A stretch of 64,000 bases of DNA from an uncultured cyanobacterium. GTDB lineage: Bacteria; Cyanobacteriota; Cyanobacteriia; PCC-6307; Cyanobiaceae. The translations under genes and the position numbers were made by a program. The notes below the pieces were generated by a model. The model was given only the letters and a program-made list of their open reading frames with translations, made no database searches and was not told the DNA's origin. Shown here one piece after another: positions 1 to 10,900 of this stretch (position 1 is the first letter of the stretch; each line of letters opens with the position of its first letter). Location of the stretch: the NCBI GenBank assembly GCA_963765575.1, contig CAVXWZ010000001.1:192001-256000 (forward strand). Direction: 5' to 3'.

Positions 1-871
1 AGACGGTGAGGGCAAACTCCGCATCGTTGCGGATCAGGCCCGGCCACCACTGCTCCAGGGCGCGCAGGTAGAGGGGCAGCAGGAAGAAGGCCAGGCCGGC
101 GGTGAACAGGTTGAACACCACATGGCTGGCGGCGGTGCGGCGGGCGCTGAGGCTGGCTCCCAGGGCCGCCAGGATCGCGGTGATGGTGGTGCCCACATCC
201 ATGCCGATCACCAGGGCCAGCCCCTGGGGCAGGGCGATGGCGCCGGCTCCCAGGGCCGCCAGGGTGGTGGCCACGCCCGCCCCCGACGACTGGGTGATCA
301 CCGTGGTGAGCAGGCCGAGCAGCAGCAGCTGCAGGCGGCCGAGGAGGGTGCCGGCATCGAAGCGTGCCGGATCGAGCAGCAGGCCCTGGCCGGCCAGGGC
401 CTGCTGCAGGGCGGCGATGCCGGTGAACAACATGGCGAAGCCGGCCAGGGCCATGCCCAGCTGCGCCTGGCGTCCGCGGCCCAGCACACGCAGGCCGGCG
501 CCCAGCAGCAGCAGGGGCAGCATCAGCTGGCTGAGGTTGAGCTTGATGCCGAGCAGGGCCACCAGCCAGCCCAGGCCGGTGCTGCCGATGTTGGCCCCGA
601 AGATGATGCCCAGGGAGGCCTGGAAGCTGAGCAGGCCGGCACTCACGAATCCCACCGTGGCCACGGTGGTGGCCGAGGACGACTGCAGCAGCGCCGTCGC
701 CATGGCGCCGCTGCAGGCCCCGCTCCAGGGGGAGCGGGTGAAGCGCAGCAGGCCCTGGCGCAGCCTGCCGCCGGCGAGCTTGCGCAGCCCCTCGGTGAGC
801 AGCGACATGCCGAGCAGAAACAGGCCCAGGCCCCCGGCGGCGTTGAGCAGGGCACCACCGGCTGAGATCAT
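1..871 (-). CDS. Na+/Pi cotransporter family protein (3' end runs off window)
   Basis: Manual minus-strand translation (absent from ORF track): MISAGGALLNAAGGLGLFLLGM...LLQSSSATT...GANIGST...TQSSGAG...GMDVGTT, the twin QSSS-type repeats of the NptA/PnaS family. Confidence 0.9.
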   Translation of the reverse strand, partial: MISAGGALLNAAGGLGLFLLGMSLLTEGLRKLAGGRLRQGLLRFTRSPWSGACSGAMATALLQSSSATTVATVGFVSAGLLSFQASLGIIFGANIGSTGLGWLVALLGIKLNLSQLMLPLLLLGAGLRVLGRGRQAQLGMALAGFAMLFTGIAALQQALAGQGLLLDPARFDAGTLLGRLQLLLLGLLTTVITQSSGAGVATTLAALGAGAIALPQGLALVIGMDVGTTITAILAALGASLSARRTAASHVVFNLFTAGLAFFLLPLYLRALEQWWPGLIRNDAEFALTV

Positions 872-907
872 CGCGTGCGCTGCTGCGGACTCCCCAAGCC
901 TGGCTGC

Positions 908-1447
908 TCAGCCGTGGGCGGCCAGGGCAGGCAGCCGCGCCGAGGCTTGGCGGTCGTCCGGCAGCCGCTCGGTGCCGGCGATGGCGGCGGGGGTTTCGCG
1001 GCGGAAGCTGGTGAGGCGCTGACGGCCGGCGCCGAGTTCGGCGGCGAGCACGGCGCAGGCGCGCTCGGGCATGGTGTGATCGCCGCAGGTGAACACATCC
1101 ACGGCTGCATAGCCCGACTCGGGCCAGGTGTGGATGGAGATGTGGGATTCGGCCAGCAGGGCCAGCCCGGTGACGCCCTGGGGCTGGAAACGGTGGCTGA
1201 TGAGATTGAGCAGGGTGGCACCGGCCTGGCTGGCGGCGGCGGTGATGGTGTCCCTGAGGAAAGCCTGGTCATCGAGCCGACCTGGATCGCAGTCGTAGAG
1301 CTCGAGGATGCAGTGTTTGCCCACCGTGTTGGCGCCGGCTGGGAGGTCGCAGGCGGCTGGCGGAGGGTCGTTGTCGGTGATGTCGGTATCGGTGCTGGGA
1401 GCCCATCCAGGGTTGGGGTGCAGCGATGGCAGGGAGTGGTTCTTCAA
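908..1447 (-). CDS. speD: S-adenosylmethionine decarboxylase proenzyme
   Basis: [23 protein letters not shown] self-cleavage motif, DVFTCG; start uncertain (TTG 1447 or ATG 1486). Confidence 0.92.
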   Translation of the reverse strand: MKNHSLPSLHPNPGWAPSTDTDITDNDPPPAACDLPAGANTVGKHCILELYDCDPGRLDDQAFLRDTITAAASQAGATLLNLISHRFQPQGVTGLALLAESHISIHTWPESGYAAVDVFTCGDHTMPERACAVLAAELGAGRQRLTSFRRETPAAIAGTERLPDDRQASARLPALAAHG

Positions 1448-1584
1448 AGGCTCAGAGGCACAGCCTTTCAACTTACGGCCTGCCATCGCAAACCGAGTGC
1501 GATCTGCATCCCACCATCCGCTGGCAAGAACGGCCTCGGCGGCGTTTGATTGTGCGGGTCGACCCTTGCTCCACCCCTGGCGCC

Positions 1585-2694
1585 ATGGCCACCCCGTTCC
1601 CATCGGCTGCTGCCGGGTCCGTGCTGGTGCTCAACGCCGGCAGTTCCAGCATCAAGGCCTCCCTGCGGCAGCCCGGGGGTGGGCGCCTCTGGCAGGAGCA
1701 GCGGGCCTGGGACAGCAGCGCCGGTGTCCAGGCCCACGCCACCCTGCTGGAACAGTGGCTGGCGCCGGTGATCACGGCGGCCGATCCTGCCCCTGCCCTG
1801 GTGGCCCACCGCATCGTTCACGGTGGCGCCACCTTCACGCGCCCCACCCGCCTGAGTACGGACGTGGTGGAGCAGCTGCGGGCCCTGGTGCCGCTGGCGC
1901 CGCTGCACAACGGTCCGGCCCTGCAGGCGATCGCCTGGCTGCAGGACTGGCTGCAGGCCTGCCCGACGGCGGACCTGGCGGCGATTCCCCAGTGGGCCTG
2001 CTTCGACACCGGCTTCCATGCCAGCCTGCCCTCCGCGGCCTTCACCTACGCCATTCCCGCCGACTGGCGCGAGCAGGGGCTGCGCCGTTACGGCTTCCAC
2101 GGTCTCAACCACCAGCACGTGGGCGAGACCGTGGCTGCTCTCCACCCCAGGGCCCGGCGGCTGATCAGCTGCCACCTGGGGGCCGGCTGCTCCCTCTGCG
2201 CCATCACCATCGCCTCCGAGGGCGCGGTCCGCAGCATCGACACCACCATGGGCTTCACACCGCTGGAGGGACTGGTGATGGCCAGCCGCAGCGGCAGTGT
2301 CGATCCCGGGCTGCTGCTGCACCTGCTGCGCCAGGGCATCAGCGCCGAGGATCTCGACCACAGCCTCAACCATGCCAGCGGCCTCAAGGGGCTGTCGGAG
2401 CTGAGCGGTGACATGCGCGAGCTGCGGGCCGCCGCTGGCCGTGGCCATGGCGGTGCCGTGCTGGCCATCGGCGTGTTCCGGCAGCGGCTGCTGCAGGGCA
2501 TCGGGGCCATGGCCGCCAGCCTCGGCGGTGTCGACGTCATCGCCCTGACCGGCGGCATCGGCGAACACGACGAGGTGCTGCTGGAGGAGCTGGGGGAGCG
2601 GCTCGATTGGCTGCGCCCGGTGCTCCTCACCCGGGTGCCGGCCGACGAAGAGGGGCTGATGGCCCGCCAGTGTCGGGCGGCCATGGCGGCTTGA
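1585..2694 (+). CDS. ackA: acetate kinase
   Basis: [50 protein letters not shown]. Confidence 0.93.
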   Translation: MATPFPSAAAGSVLVLNAGSSSIKASLRQPGGGRLWQEQRAWDSSAGVQAHATLLEQWLAPVITAADPAPALVAHRIVHGGATFTRPTRLSTDVVEQLRALVPLAPLHNGPALQAIAWLQDWLQACPTADLAAIPQWACFDTGFHASLPSAAFTYAIPADWREQGLRRYGFHGLNHQHVGETVAALHPRARRLISCHLGAGCSLCAITIASEGAVRSIDTTMGFTPLEGLVMASRSGSVDPGLLLHLLRQGISAEDLDHSLNHASGLKGLSELSGDMRELRAAAGRGHGGAVLAIGVFRQRLLQGIGAMAASLGGVDVIALTGGIGEHDEVLLEELGERLDWLRPVLLTRVPADEEGLMARQCRAAMAA

Positions 2695-2745
2695 TGTTCC
2701 CTTAACTCTGCCCGGTCAGGCTGAGTGGGCTCGTTTCAGGGTTTT

Positions 2746-3141
2746 ATGGCGGCTCCCACGGCTGATCAGCAGCTTCTGCACAGCATGCAGATGCTGACGC
2801 ACAACGGGTCCATCCTCGAACTGGAGCCCGGGGCGATGGTCTTTGAGGCCGGCGAACAGGGCGACTGTCTCTACGGGGTGTTGGAGGGATGTGTGCGGCT
2901 CACCTGGGGCGATGGCTCCGAAGCCGAAATCCTCGGGCCGGGCCGCTGCTTCGGCCAGGGCGCCCTGGTTCAGCCCGACCACCGGCGCTACGGCACCGCC
3001 ATGGCCAGCGAACCCACAAAGCTGGTGGTGATGCAGAGGCAGGGGATGCTGTTCGCTCTCGAACAGCTGCCGATGTTCGGCCTGCAGCTGCTGGAGTCCA
3101 CCGAGCGGCGGCTGCAGCACCTCAGATCGCTGGCGGCCTGA
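2746..3141 (+). CDS. cyclic nucleotide-binding domain protein (no HTH)
   Basis: VFEAGEQGDCLYGVLEG...LGPGRCFGQGAL...RYGTA. Confidence 0.8.
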   Translation: MAAPTADQQLLHSMQMLTHNGSILELEPGAMVFEAGEQGDCLYGVLEGCVRLTWGDGSEAEILGPGRCFGQGALVQPDHRRYGTAMASEPTKLVVMQRQGMLFALEQLPMFGLQLLESTERRLQHLRSLAA

Positions 3142-3169
3142 CGATCACCATCCCCTTGCGTCCCTTCCG

Positions 3170-3574
3170 ATGAACCAGCCCGAGGCCTTTGCCGCCATCA
3201 CCATCGCCGCCGTGGCCAGTGATGGCTCATTCGTGAGCGAAGAGGCCAGCCTGATCCGGGAGCAGCTGCTGCGGCGATCGCCCTACCGCTCGATGGAACC
3301 GCTGGACTTCGGCACGCTGTTCTCCGGGCTGCTGCATCGCCTGCGGGAGGTGGGTTCCCGGGCTCTGGTGCAGGAAGCTGCACCACTGCTGCAGCCCCCC
3401 CAGCGGGAAACCGCCTTTGCCCTGGCCGCCGAGCTGGTCCACTGCGACAGGCACGTGAGCGAGGCGGAACTGGCCTTCCTGGAGGACCTGGCTCAGCGCC
3501 TCGAACTGCCGGTGGAGCGCCGCCGTCAGATCCTCGAAGTGCTGGCGCTGCTCAACGCCGACTGCCTCAGCTGA
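3170..3574 (+). CDS. TerB family (tellurite-resistance-like) protein
   Basis: AVASDG...EE and VHCDRHVSEAELAFLEDLAQRLEL. Confidence 0.8.
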   Translation: MNQPEAFAAITIAAVASDGSFVSEEASLIREQLLRRSPYRSMEPLDFGTLFSGLLHRLREVGSRALVQEAAPLLQPPQRETAFALAAELVHCDRHVSEAELAFLEDLAQRLELPVERRRQILEVLALLNADCLS

Positions 3575-4784
3575 CCCCGCCGGGGATGAAGCGCCGTTCG
3601 TGCTGGGCGCCGGTGAGCATGCGGTTCCAGTAGAGCGCCGGCAGAATCTTGCGCTTCACGAACCACATGCTCCAGCGCTCCTTGGTGGGGTCGAGGGGGA
3701 AGGAGGGGGTGGCTTCGGCCTTGTAGTTGAACTCGGCCATGATCGCCTTGCCGTAGCCGGTGATCAGCGGGCAGCAGCTGTAGCCGTCGTAGGCCGCCGC
3801 CAGGGGCTGGTCGTCGAGCAGGGCCAGCAGGTTGGCCACCAGCACCGGTGCCTGGCCGCGCACGGCGGCAGCCGTCTTGGAGTTGGGCATGCCGCTCACA
3901 TCCCCAAGCGAGAACACGTTGGCGAAGCGCACATGCTGCAGGGAAAACTTGTCCACATCCACAAAACCCGCCCCGTTGGCCAGGCTGCTGCTCGCCACCA
4001 CCTCGGGGGCGGCCATCGGCGGGGTGACGTGCAGGAGGTTGTAGGGGATCACCTGCTCGCGGCTGCTCTCCCCCTCGCTCACCTGGAACACGGCCTCGCG
4101 GCTGTCGGGCCGCACGGCGGTGAGCACGTGGTTGTAACGGGCGTCGATGCCCTTGCGCTGCACCACCTCCCGCAGCGGCGCGGCGTAGACGGGAATGCCG
4201 AAGATGCCGGGGGTGGCGGTGGCGTAGATCACCTCGGCCTGCAGGCGTTTCGCCTTGAACACGTCGTCGGCGAGGTAGGCGATCTTCTGCGGGGCGCCGG
4301 GGCACTTGATCGGCATCGGCGCGCAGGTGAACACGGCGTTGCCACCCTCGAAGGCCTGGATCGCCTCCCAGGTGTAGGCGGCATGGTCCTTGCTGTAGTT
4401 GCTGCACACCCCGCCTTTGCCGAGGGCCTCGCTCAGCCCCTCGATCTTGTCCCAGCAGAGCTTGAGGCCGGCGGCCACGATCAGCACCTCGTAGCTGAGC
4501 TCCTCACCGCTGCTGGTGAGCACCCGGTTGTGCTCGGCATCGACGTGGGCGGCGCCGTCCTGGATCCAGTGCACGCCGGAGGGGATCAGGTCGGATTCGG
4601 CGCGACGGGTTTCCTCGAGGCTGAACACGCCACCGCCCACGAGCGTCCAACCGGGCTGGTAGTAGTGATCCCCGGAGGGCTCCAGGATCGCCACATCGAG
4701 GCTGTTGCGGGCCCGTTTGAGCTGGGCCGCCACGGTGATGCCGGCGGCACCGCCGCCGACGATCAGGATCTGGTGGTGAGCCAT
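3567..4784 (-). CDS. sqr: sulfide:quinone oxidoreductase (type II-like FAD oxidoreductase)
   Basis: IVGGGAAG, HYYQPGWTLVGGG, IKCPGAPQK, KTAAAVRGQAP, YSCCPL. Confidence 0.85.
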   Translation of the reverse strand: MAHHQILIVGGGAAGITVAAQLKRARNSLDVAILEPSGDHYYQPGWTLVGGGVFSLEETRRAESDLIPSGVHWIQDGAAHVDAEHNRVLTSSGEELSYEVLIVAAGLKLCWDKIEGLSEALGKGGVCSNYSKDHAAYTWEAIQAFEGGNAVFTCAPMPIKCPGAPQKIAYLADDVFKAKRLQAEVIYATATPGIFGIPVYAAPLREVVQRKGIDARYNHVLTAVRPDSREAVFQVSEGESSREQVIPYNLLHVTPPMAAPEVVASSSLANGAGFVDVDKFSLQHVRFANVFSLGDVSGMPNSKTAAAVRGQAPVLVANLLALLDDQPLAAAYDGYSCCPLITGYGKAIMAEFNYKAEATPSFPLDPTKERWSMWFVKRKILPALYWNRMLTGAQHERRFIPGGVS

Positions 4785-4888
4785 GGAGGCAGGACAGCCG
4801 GAGGTGCCCCTCCATTTCATCAGCCGCCGTCGCCGATTTCAGGGCCGTAGGCGATGGCGTGTTCGGATTGTTGGAATCCGGGGGGCCT

Positions 4889-5116
4889 TCAGGCGGCCGG
4901 TTGCTCGATTTCGCGCTTCAGCAGCACGTAGAGGTAATCGGGCGACTTGTAGCGCGTGGGCAGACATTTCTGCAGCAGACTCAGCCGCTCCCAGCAGACC
5001 GTGCGCTGAATCGCCTCAAAACTGCGGCCGTCGCGGATCAGCAGACGGAGGGCTTTGCAGTAGGTGGGGTAGCTCGCCTCCAGTTCCCCGATCGTGAGCT
5101 TGGCAGCAGCACCCAT
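4889..5116 (-). CDS. DUF3136 family cyanobacterial protein
   Basis: LTIGELEASYPTYCKALR...RTVCW...YKSPDYLY. Confidence 0.8.
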   Translation of the reverse strand: MGAAAKLTIGELEASYPTYCKALRLLIRDGRSFEAIQRTVCWERLSLLQKCLPTRYKSPDYLYVLLKREIEQPAA

Positions 5117-5293
5117 GGGCTTATCAGCAGCTTGTCATCCCAAACAATAGGAAGGCAGCATCGGGCCTCCCGTGTCGCTGGCCACCTGGGACCAGCCGCC
5201 GACACGAATCCTTACGCGCTTGGCCCAGGCCCGGCTCCGCCTCTGCCAGGCTGGCTCAGGTGCGGGAGCGGGATCCATGGCCCTCCAGTGGCG

Positions 5294-6376
5294 ATGACGG
5301 CCCCAGAACGTCCCCGGCAGCTGAAGCTGCGGCAGCCCGACGACTGGCACGCCCATCTGCGCGACGGGGCGATGCTGCAGGCCGTGGCCCCGGCCACGGC
5401 GGCCCAGTTTGCCCGGGCGATCGTGATGCCCAACCTGAAGCCGGCGATCACCAGCGTGGCGGCCGCCCGCGCCTACCGCCGGCGCATCCTTGAGGCCCTG
5501 CCCGACGGCTGCCCCTTCCAGCCGTTGATGACCGCCTACCTCACCGACACCATCGCGCCGGCCGAGGTGGAACGGGGCTTCGTCGAGGGTGCCTGGGTGG
5601 CCTGCAAGCTCTACCCCGCCGGCGCCACCACCAATTCGGCGGCGGGCGTCACCGCCATCGATGCGCTGACGCCGGTGCTGGCGGTGATGGAGCGCAGCGG
5701 CATGCCGCTGCTGATCCACGGCGAAGTGGTGGATCCGGAAGTGGACATCTTCGATCGGGAGGCGGTGTTCATCGAGCGCGTGCTGGCGCCGCTGCTGAAC
5801 CGCCACCCCGGCCTGAAGGTGGTGCTGGAGCACATCACCACCGCCGACGCGGTGGACTTCGTGCGCAGCGGACCAGCCACCCTGGCGGCCACCATCACCC
5901 CCCACCACCTGCACATCAACCGCAACGCCATGTTCAGCGGCGGTCTGCGGCCCGACTTCTATTGCCTGCCGGTGGCCAAACGCGAACTGCACCGCCTGGC
6001 CCTGCGCGCCGCCGCCACCTCCGGCAATCCCCGCTTCTTCCTCGGCACCGACACCGCCCCCCATGGCCGCGGCGCCAAGGAGTCGGCCTGCGGCTGTGCC
6101 GGCATCTTCAATGCTCCTTTCGCGATCGAGAGCTACGCGGCGGTGTTCGAGCAGGAGCAGGCCCTCGACCGCCTCGAGGGCTTCGCCAGTGAACATGGCC
6201 CCCGCTTCTACGGTCTGCCCCTCAATCCCGGTGCCATCACCCTGGTGCGCGAGCCGGTGACCGTGCCCGGGCGGCTGCACCTCAATGACGCCGCCGGCAC
6301 CGCCGTGGATCTGGTGCCCTTCCACGCCGGCGAAACCCTGCCCTGGCGGCTGGCATCGCCAGCTCCGGCCGAGTGA
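5294..6376 (+). CDS. pyrC: dihydroorotase
   Basis: PDDWHAHLRDG, KLYPAGATTNS, EHITT, YCLPVAK, GTDTAPH. Confidence 0.96.
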   Translation: MTAPERPRQLKLRQPDDWHAHLRDGAMLQAVAPATAAQFARAIVMPNLKPAITSVAAARAYRRRILEALPDGCPFQPLMTAYLTDTIAPAEVERGFVEGAWVACKLYPAGATTNSAAGVTAIDALTPVLAVMERSGMPLLIHGEVVDPEVDIFDREAVFIERVLAPLLNRHPGLKVVLEHITTADAVDFVRSGPATLAATITPHHLHINRNAMFSGGLRPDFYCLPVAKRELHRLALRAAATSGNPRFFLGTDTAPHGRGAKESACGCAGIFNAPFAIESYAAVFEQEQALDRLEGFASEHGPRFYGLPLNPGAITLVREPVTVPGRLHLNDAAGTAVDLVPFHAGETLPWRLASPAPAE

Positions 6377-6448
6377 TTACGAGGTATGTCGGGGGCTGCC
6401 GTGGCTGCGGCAACCTGCTTTAGCAACAACGTCAGGCTGCCCCCGGCG

Positions 6449-7954
6449 ATGGGCTTCTTCATTCAGCTCACCGAGGCCTTGGCCGACCGCCAGTCATTGC
6501 TGGTGACCGGACTCGACCCCAACCCCGAGATGCTGCAGAGCTGGGCCGCCCGCCGCGGCATGGCCAACCGCTCCTTCCTGAGCCAGGCGCGGCACTGGAT
6601 CAAGGCGGTGATCGAGGCCACCGCGCCCCATGTCTGCGCCTACAAGCCCAGCCTCGGCTTCTACCAGGCCCTGGGCCCGGTGGGGCTGGAGCTGCTGCTG
6701 GAGGTGCGCGAGCTGGTGCCGCCCGAGCTGCCGCTGATCGTGGACACCAAGCACGGCGACCTCAACTCCTCCTCTGCCCTCGCCCACTACCTGTTCCGGG
6801 AGCTGGCCGCCGATGCGGTCACCCTCTCCCCCCTGCCCGGCCAGGACATCGCCGCCCCCTTCCTGCTCTATCCCGGCAAGGCGGTGGTGATGACCTGCCA
6901 CAGCTCCAACCAGACGGCGCGCATCATCCAGCACTTCCCCAATGAGGAGGATCCGCTGTTTCTGCGCATCGTGCGCGAAACCCTGCTCTGGGGCACCCAG
7001 GACCAGCTGCTGCTGGAGGTGGGCACCAGCGACCCGGCGATCCTGGCCCGCGTGCGCCAGGTGGCCCCCGAGCGCTTCATCATCCTGCGCAGCCTCTGGG
7101 GAGAGGAGGAGAAGCTCGAATCGATGCTCCAGGCCGGCCTCACCAGCGCCGGTGACGGGCTGCTGCTGCCCCTGCCCCAGAACCTGCTGGTGGAGGACGA
7201 CATGGCCGAGCGCGCCGCGGCGCTCAAGGACCAGATCAACGGCATCCGCGACCGCTGGCTGGAGCGCCAGCAGGGCGGCGGCAGCTGTGATCTCTGGTTG
7301 GCCGGCACCCCGGCTGCCGTGCCCGGGGGGCTGGGGGCGCCGGTACCCGAGCCCATGGATCAGCTGATCCTCGATCTCTTCGACATCGGCTGCCTGCTGT
7401 TCGGCGAGTACGTGCAGGCCTCCGGGGCGGTGTTCAACTACTACGTGGATCTGCGCCAGATCATCTCCGATCCCAACCTCTTCCACCGGGTGCTGCATGC
7501 CTATGCGGGCTGCATGGGGGAGCTGATCTTCGATCGCATCGCCGGCATTCCCTACGGCTCCCTGCCCACCGCCACCGGCCTCTCGCTGCTGCTGCACAAG
7601 CCGCTGATCTATCCCCGCAAGGAGGTGAAGGCCCACGGCGCCCGCCGGCTGATCGAGGGCGACTTCGAGGAGGGCGATCTGGCGGTGGTGGTGGACGACA
7701 TCCTGATCACCGGCGGCAGCGTGCTGGAGGGCATCGCCAAGCTGGAGAGTTCCGGCCTGGTGGTGCACGACGTGGTGGTGTTCCTCGACCACGGCGGTGA
7801 CCACGACCGCCACGCCCGTGAGCGCCTGGCGGCGGCGGGCTACCGCTGCCATGCCGTGCTCGAGATCGAGCGCATCACCCGGGTGCTGCATCGCGCCGGA
7901 CGGCTCAGCGATGCCCAGGCCGCCACGCTGCGGCCCGGCCTGCCGCTCGGCTAG
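6449..7954 (+). CDS. pyrF/pyrE: bifunctional OMP decarboxylase / orotate phosphoribosyltransferase
   Basis: N-terminal GLDP, AYKP, DTKHGD; C-terminal YYVDLR, YPRKEVKAHG, VVVDDILITG. Confidence 0.9.
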   Translation: MGFFIQLTEALADRQSLLVTGLDPNPEMLQSWAARRGMANRSFLSQARHWIKAVIEATAPHVCAYKPSLGFYQALGPVGLELLLEVRELVPPELPLIVDTKHGDLNSSSALAHYLFRELAADAVTLSPLPGQDIAAPFLLYPGKAVVMTCHSSNQTARIIQHFPNEEDPLFLRIVRETLLWGTQDQLLLEVGTSDPAILARVRQVAPERFIILRSLWGEEEKLESMLQAGLTSAGDGLLLPLPQNLLVEDDMAERAAALKDQINGIRDRWLERQQGGGSCDLWLAGTPAAVPGGLGAPVPEPMDQLILDLFDIGCLLFGEYVQASGAVFNYYVDLRQIISDPNLFHRVLHAYAGCMGELIFDRIAGIPYGSLPTATGLSLLLHKPLIYPRKEVKAHGARRLIEGDFEEGDLAVVVDDILITGGSVLEGIAKLESSGLVVHDVVVFLDHGGDHDRHARERLAAAGYRCHAVLEIERITRVLHRAGRLSDAQAATLRPGLPLG

Positions 7955-7979
7955 AAACCCAGCATTCGCCGGCCACTGC

Positions 7980-10900
7980 GTGGAGCCCAGTTCGCGGGGG
8001 TCGATTTCCGACCCGTTCCTGCGCCGGCCGGTACTCACCGTGGTGGTGGCCCTGCTGGTGCTGCTGGCCGGTCTGGTGAGTCTGCCCGGGCTGCAGATCG
8101 AAAACCTGCCGGCGATCGCCCCGGGGCGCGTGTCGGTGAGTGCCAGCTATCCCGGTGCCAGCCCCGAGGTGGTGGAACAGGGGGTCACCTCCCTGCTGGA
8201 GAAGCAGCTCAACGGCCTCGACGGGCTCGACCAGATCCGCTCCACCAGCTCCGCCGGCAGCAGCAGCATCACCCTCAGCTTCGAGGGCGGTGATCCGGAG
8301 ATCAATCAGATCAACACCCAGAACGAGGCCGCCGTGGTGCAGCCACGGCTGCCGGGGCCGGTGTCGCGCTTCGGCGTGCGCGTGCGCCGCAGCTCCGACG
8401 ACCTGCTGATGGTGCTGAGCTTCAGCGCCGACCGCGACAGCTACGACGACATCTTTCTGAGCGGCTGGGTGGAACAGGTGGTGATCGACCGCCTCCAGCG
8501 CGTCTCCGGGGTGGGCGAAGCGCGCCTGTTCGGCGGCAGCCCCCTGGCCTTCCGGCTCTGGCTCGATCCTCGCCGCCTCGACCAGCTCGATCTCACCCTC
8601 GCCGACGTGCGCGACGCCCTGGAGGCCCAGAACGTGCTGGCGGCCCTGGGCCAGGTGGGCGAGGCCCCGGCCCCCGCCGACCAGATGCTGGCGCTGCCAC
8701 TGCGCATGGAGGGGCGGCTGCGCTCGGTCGCCGAGTTTGAGGGGCTACTGCTGGCCCGCGGGCCCGGCGGTGGTTTGGTGCGGCTCAAGGACGTGGGCCG
8801 CGTGACCCTGGGCAGCGAGGACTACGGCTCGATCGCCACCAACCTCGACGGCCGCACTGCCGTGGCGATGGGCATCTTCCAGCGCGATGGCAGCAACGCC
8901 CTGGAGGTGAGCCGCGGCATCAGCGAGGCCCTCGACGAGCTCGGCCCTCGCATTCCCCCGGGGGTGGACCTGCAGGTGATCATCGATGAGGCCGAGACGG
9001 TGCGCCAGAGCATCGATCGCACCCTGGCGGGGCTGCGCGATGCGGTGCTGCTGGTGTTCTTCGCCCTGCTGCTGGGGCTGGGCAACAGCCGCCTGGCCCT
9101 GATCTCCGCCCTGGCGGTGCCGGTGGCGCTGGTGGGTGCGCTCACCGTGCTGCGCCTCAGCGGCAGCTCGATCAACACCCTCACCCTGTTCGGCATGGTG
9201 CTGGCCACCGGCCTGGTGGTGGACGACGCCATCGTTGTCAGCGAGGACATCGGTCGCCGTCTGGAGCGGGGCCAGCCGCCCCTGGTGGCGGCGCGGGAGG
9301 CGATGGCGGAACTGGGTGGTGCCGTGATCGCCACCTCCCTGGTGCTGGTGGCGGTGTTCCTGCCCGTGCTCACCCTGCAGGGCAGCACCGGACGGCTCTA
9401 CGCGCCGATCGGCCTGACGATCGGCGCCACGATCCTCTTCTCCACCTTCAATGCGCTCACCTTCACGCCGGTGGCCGCCAGCCGGCTGCTGAGCAACGAA
9501 CAGCGGGAGCCCCGCTGGTTGCTGCGCCTGATCGATCCACCCCGCCGCGCCCTGGAGGCCCTCGAGGGGCCCTACGACCGCTGGCTCACCAGGGCGCTGG
9601 CCTGGCGCCGCCGGGTGGTGGCGGTGCTGCTGGTGGGTCTGCTGCTCACGGGCTGGGCCTACCAGCAGCGCCCCAAGGCCTTCATCCCCCAGGAGGACGG
9701 CAGCCAGCTGCGCGGGGTGGTGGTGCTGCCCGACGGCATGGCCCTGGCGCGCACCCAGGCGGTGATGGACCAGGTGCGGGAGCTGGTGCAGCAGGAGCCG
9801 GCGATCGTGACCGGCAACTTCTATGCCGGCCGCTCCTTCGGCGACAGCAGTCCCAGCAAGGGCATCTTCTTCCTGCGCTTGCAGCCGATCGGTGATCGGC
9901 CCGAGGGCGATCAGAGCCCGGCGGCCATCGCCGGCCGGCTGAACGCCCAGCTGGCCGGCGCCATCGATGACGCCCAGGTGGTGGTGATCGAGGCGCCCAC
10001 GGTGCGCGGCTTCGGCAGCGAGGGGGGCATCGAGTTTGATCTGCTCGACACCAGTGGCGGCCAGCTCAGCCTCAGTGAGTTCCAGCAGGCCGTGCAGGCC
10101 TTCATCGGCGCCGCCCAGGAGACCGGCGCCTTCGAGCGGGTGGGGACCCGCTTCAGCGCCGATGCCCCGCTGCTGCAGCTGGAGCCCGATCGGCTGCAGC
10201 TGGCGTCGCTCGGGGTGGAGCTCGATGAGGTGGTGGATGTGCTGGGGGCCAGCTTCGGCAGCGAGTATGTGAACGACAGCTTCGAAGGCGACCGCATCCG
10301 CCGCGTGATCGTGCAGCTCGAGGGGGCCGATCGTCGCGACACGGCGGATGTGCTGGCCCTGCGGGTGCGCAACCGTGACGGCCGCCTGATTCCCCTCTCC
10401 CAGCTGGTGCGGGTGCGCGAGGGTACCGGCCCCACCGTGATCAACCGCACCCGTCTGGTGCGCTCGATTGCGGTGCGGGCCCAGCCCCTGGCCGGCGTCA
10501 GCACCGGCCAGGCGATGGAGCGGCTGCAGCAGGTGCGCCGCGAGCTCGGCAGCCAGCTCACTGACCTGGAATGGACCGGTCTGGCGCGGGAGGAGGCCCG
10601 CTCCGGGGGCGCCAACGAGCGGGTGTTCCTGCTGGCGGTGGTGGTGATGGTGCTGGTGCTGGCCGCCCTCTACGAGAACTTCATCGATCCCATGATCATC
10701 CTGATCACCGTGCCGCTGGGGCTGCTGGGGGGGATCGCCGGGCTGGCGCTGCGCGATCTGCCGCTCGACGTCTATGGCCGCATGGGCCTGCTGGTGCTGG
10801 TGAGCCTGGCCGCCAAGAACGGCATCCTGATCGTGGAATTCGCCAACCAGCGCCTGGCCGCCGGCATGCCCCTGGAGCCGGCGATCCATGGCGCCGCCGT

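Noticed and set aside
102..1022. Long + strand ORFs here and similar antisense ORFs throughout (e.g. 3600-4850, 6494-8038, 8745-10889, 24656-26524, 36368-37924)
   Set aside because: Shadow ORFs opposite well-supported genes, expected in high-GC DNA; no recognisable motifs
4859..5293. 145-aa N-terminal extension of PyrC in the ORF track
   Set aside because: Overlaps the DUF3136 gene; PyrC homology starts at ATG 5294
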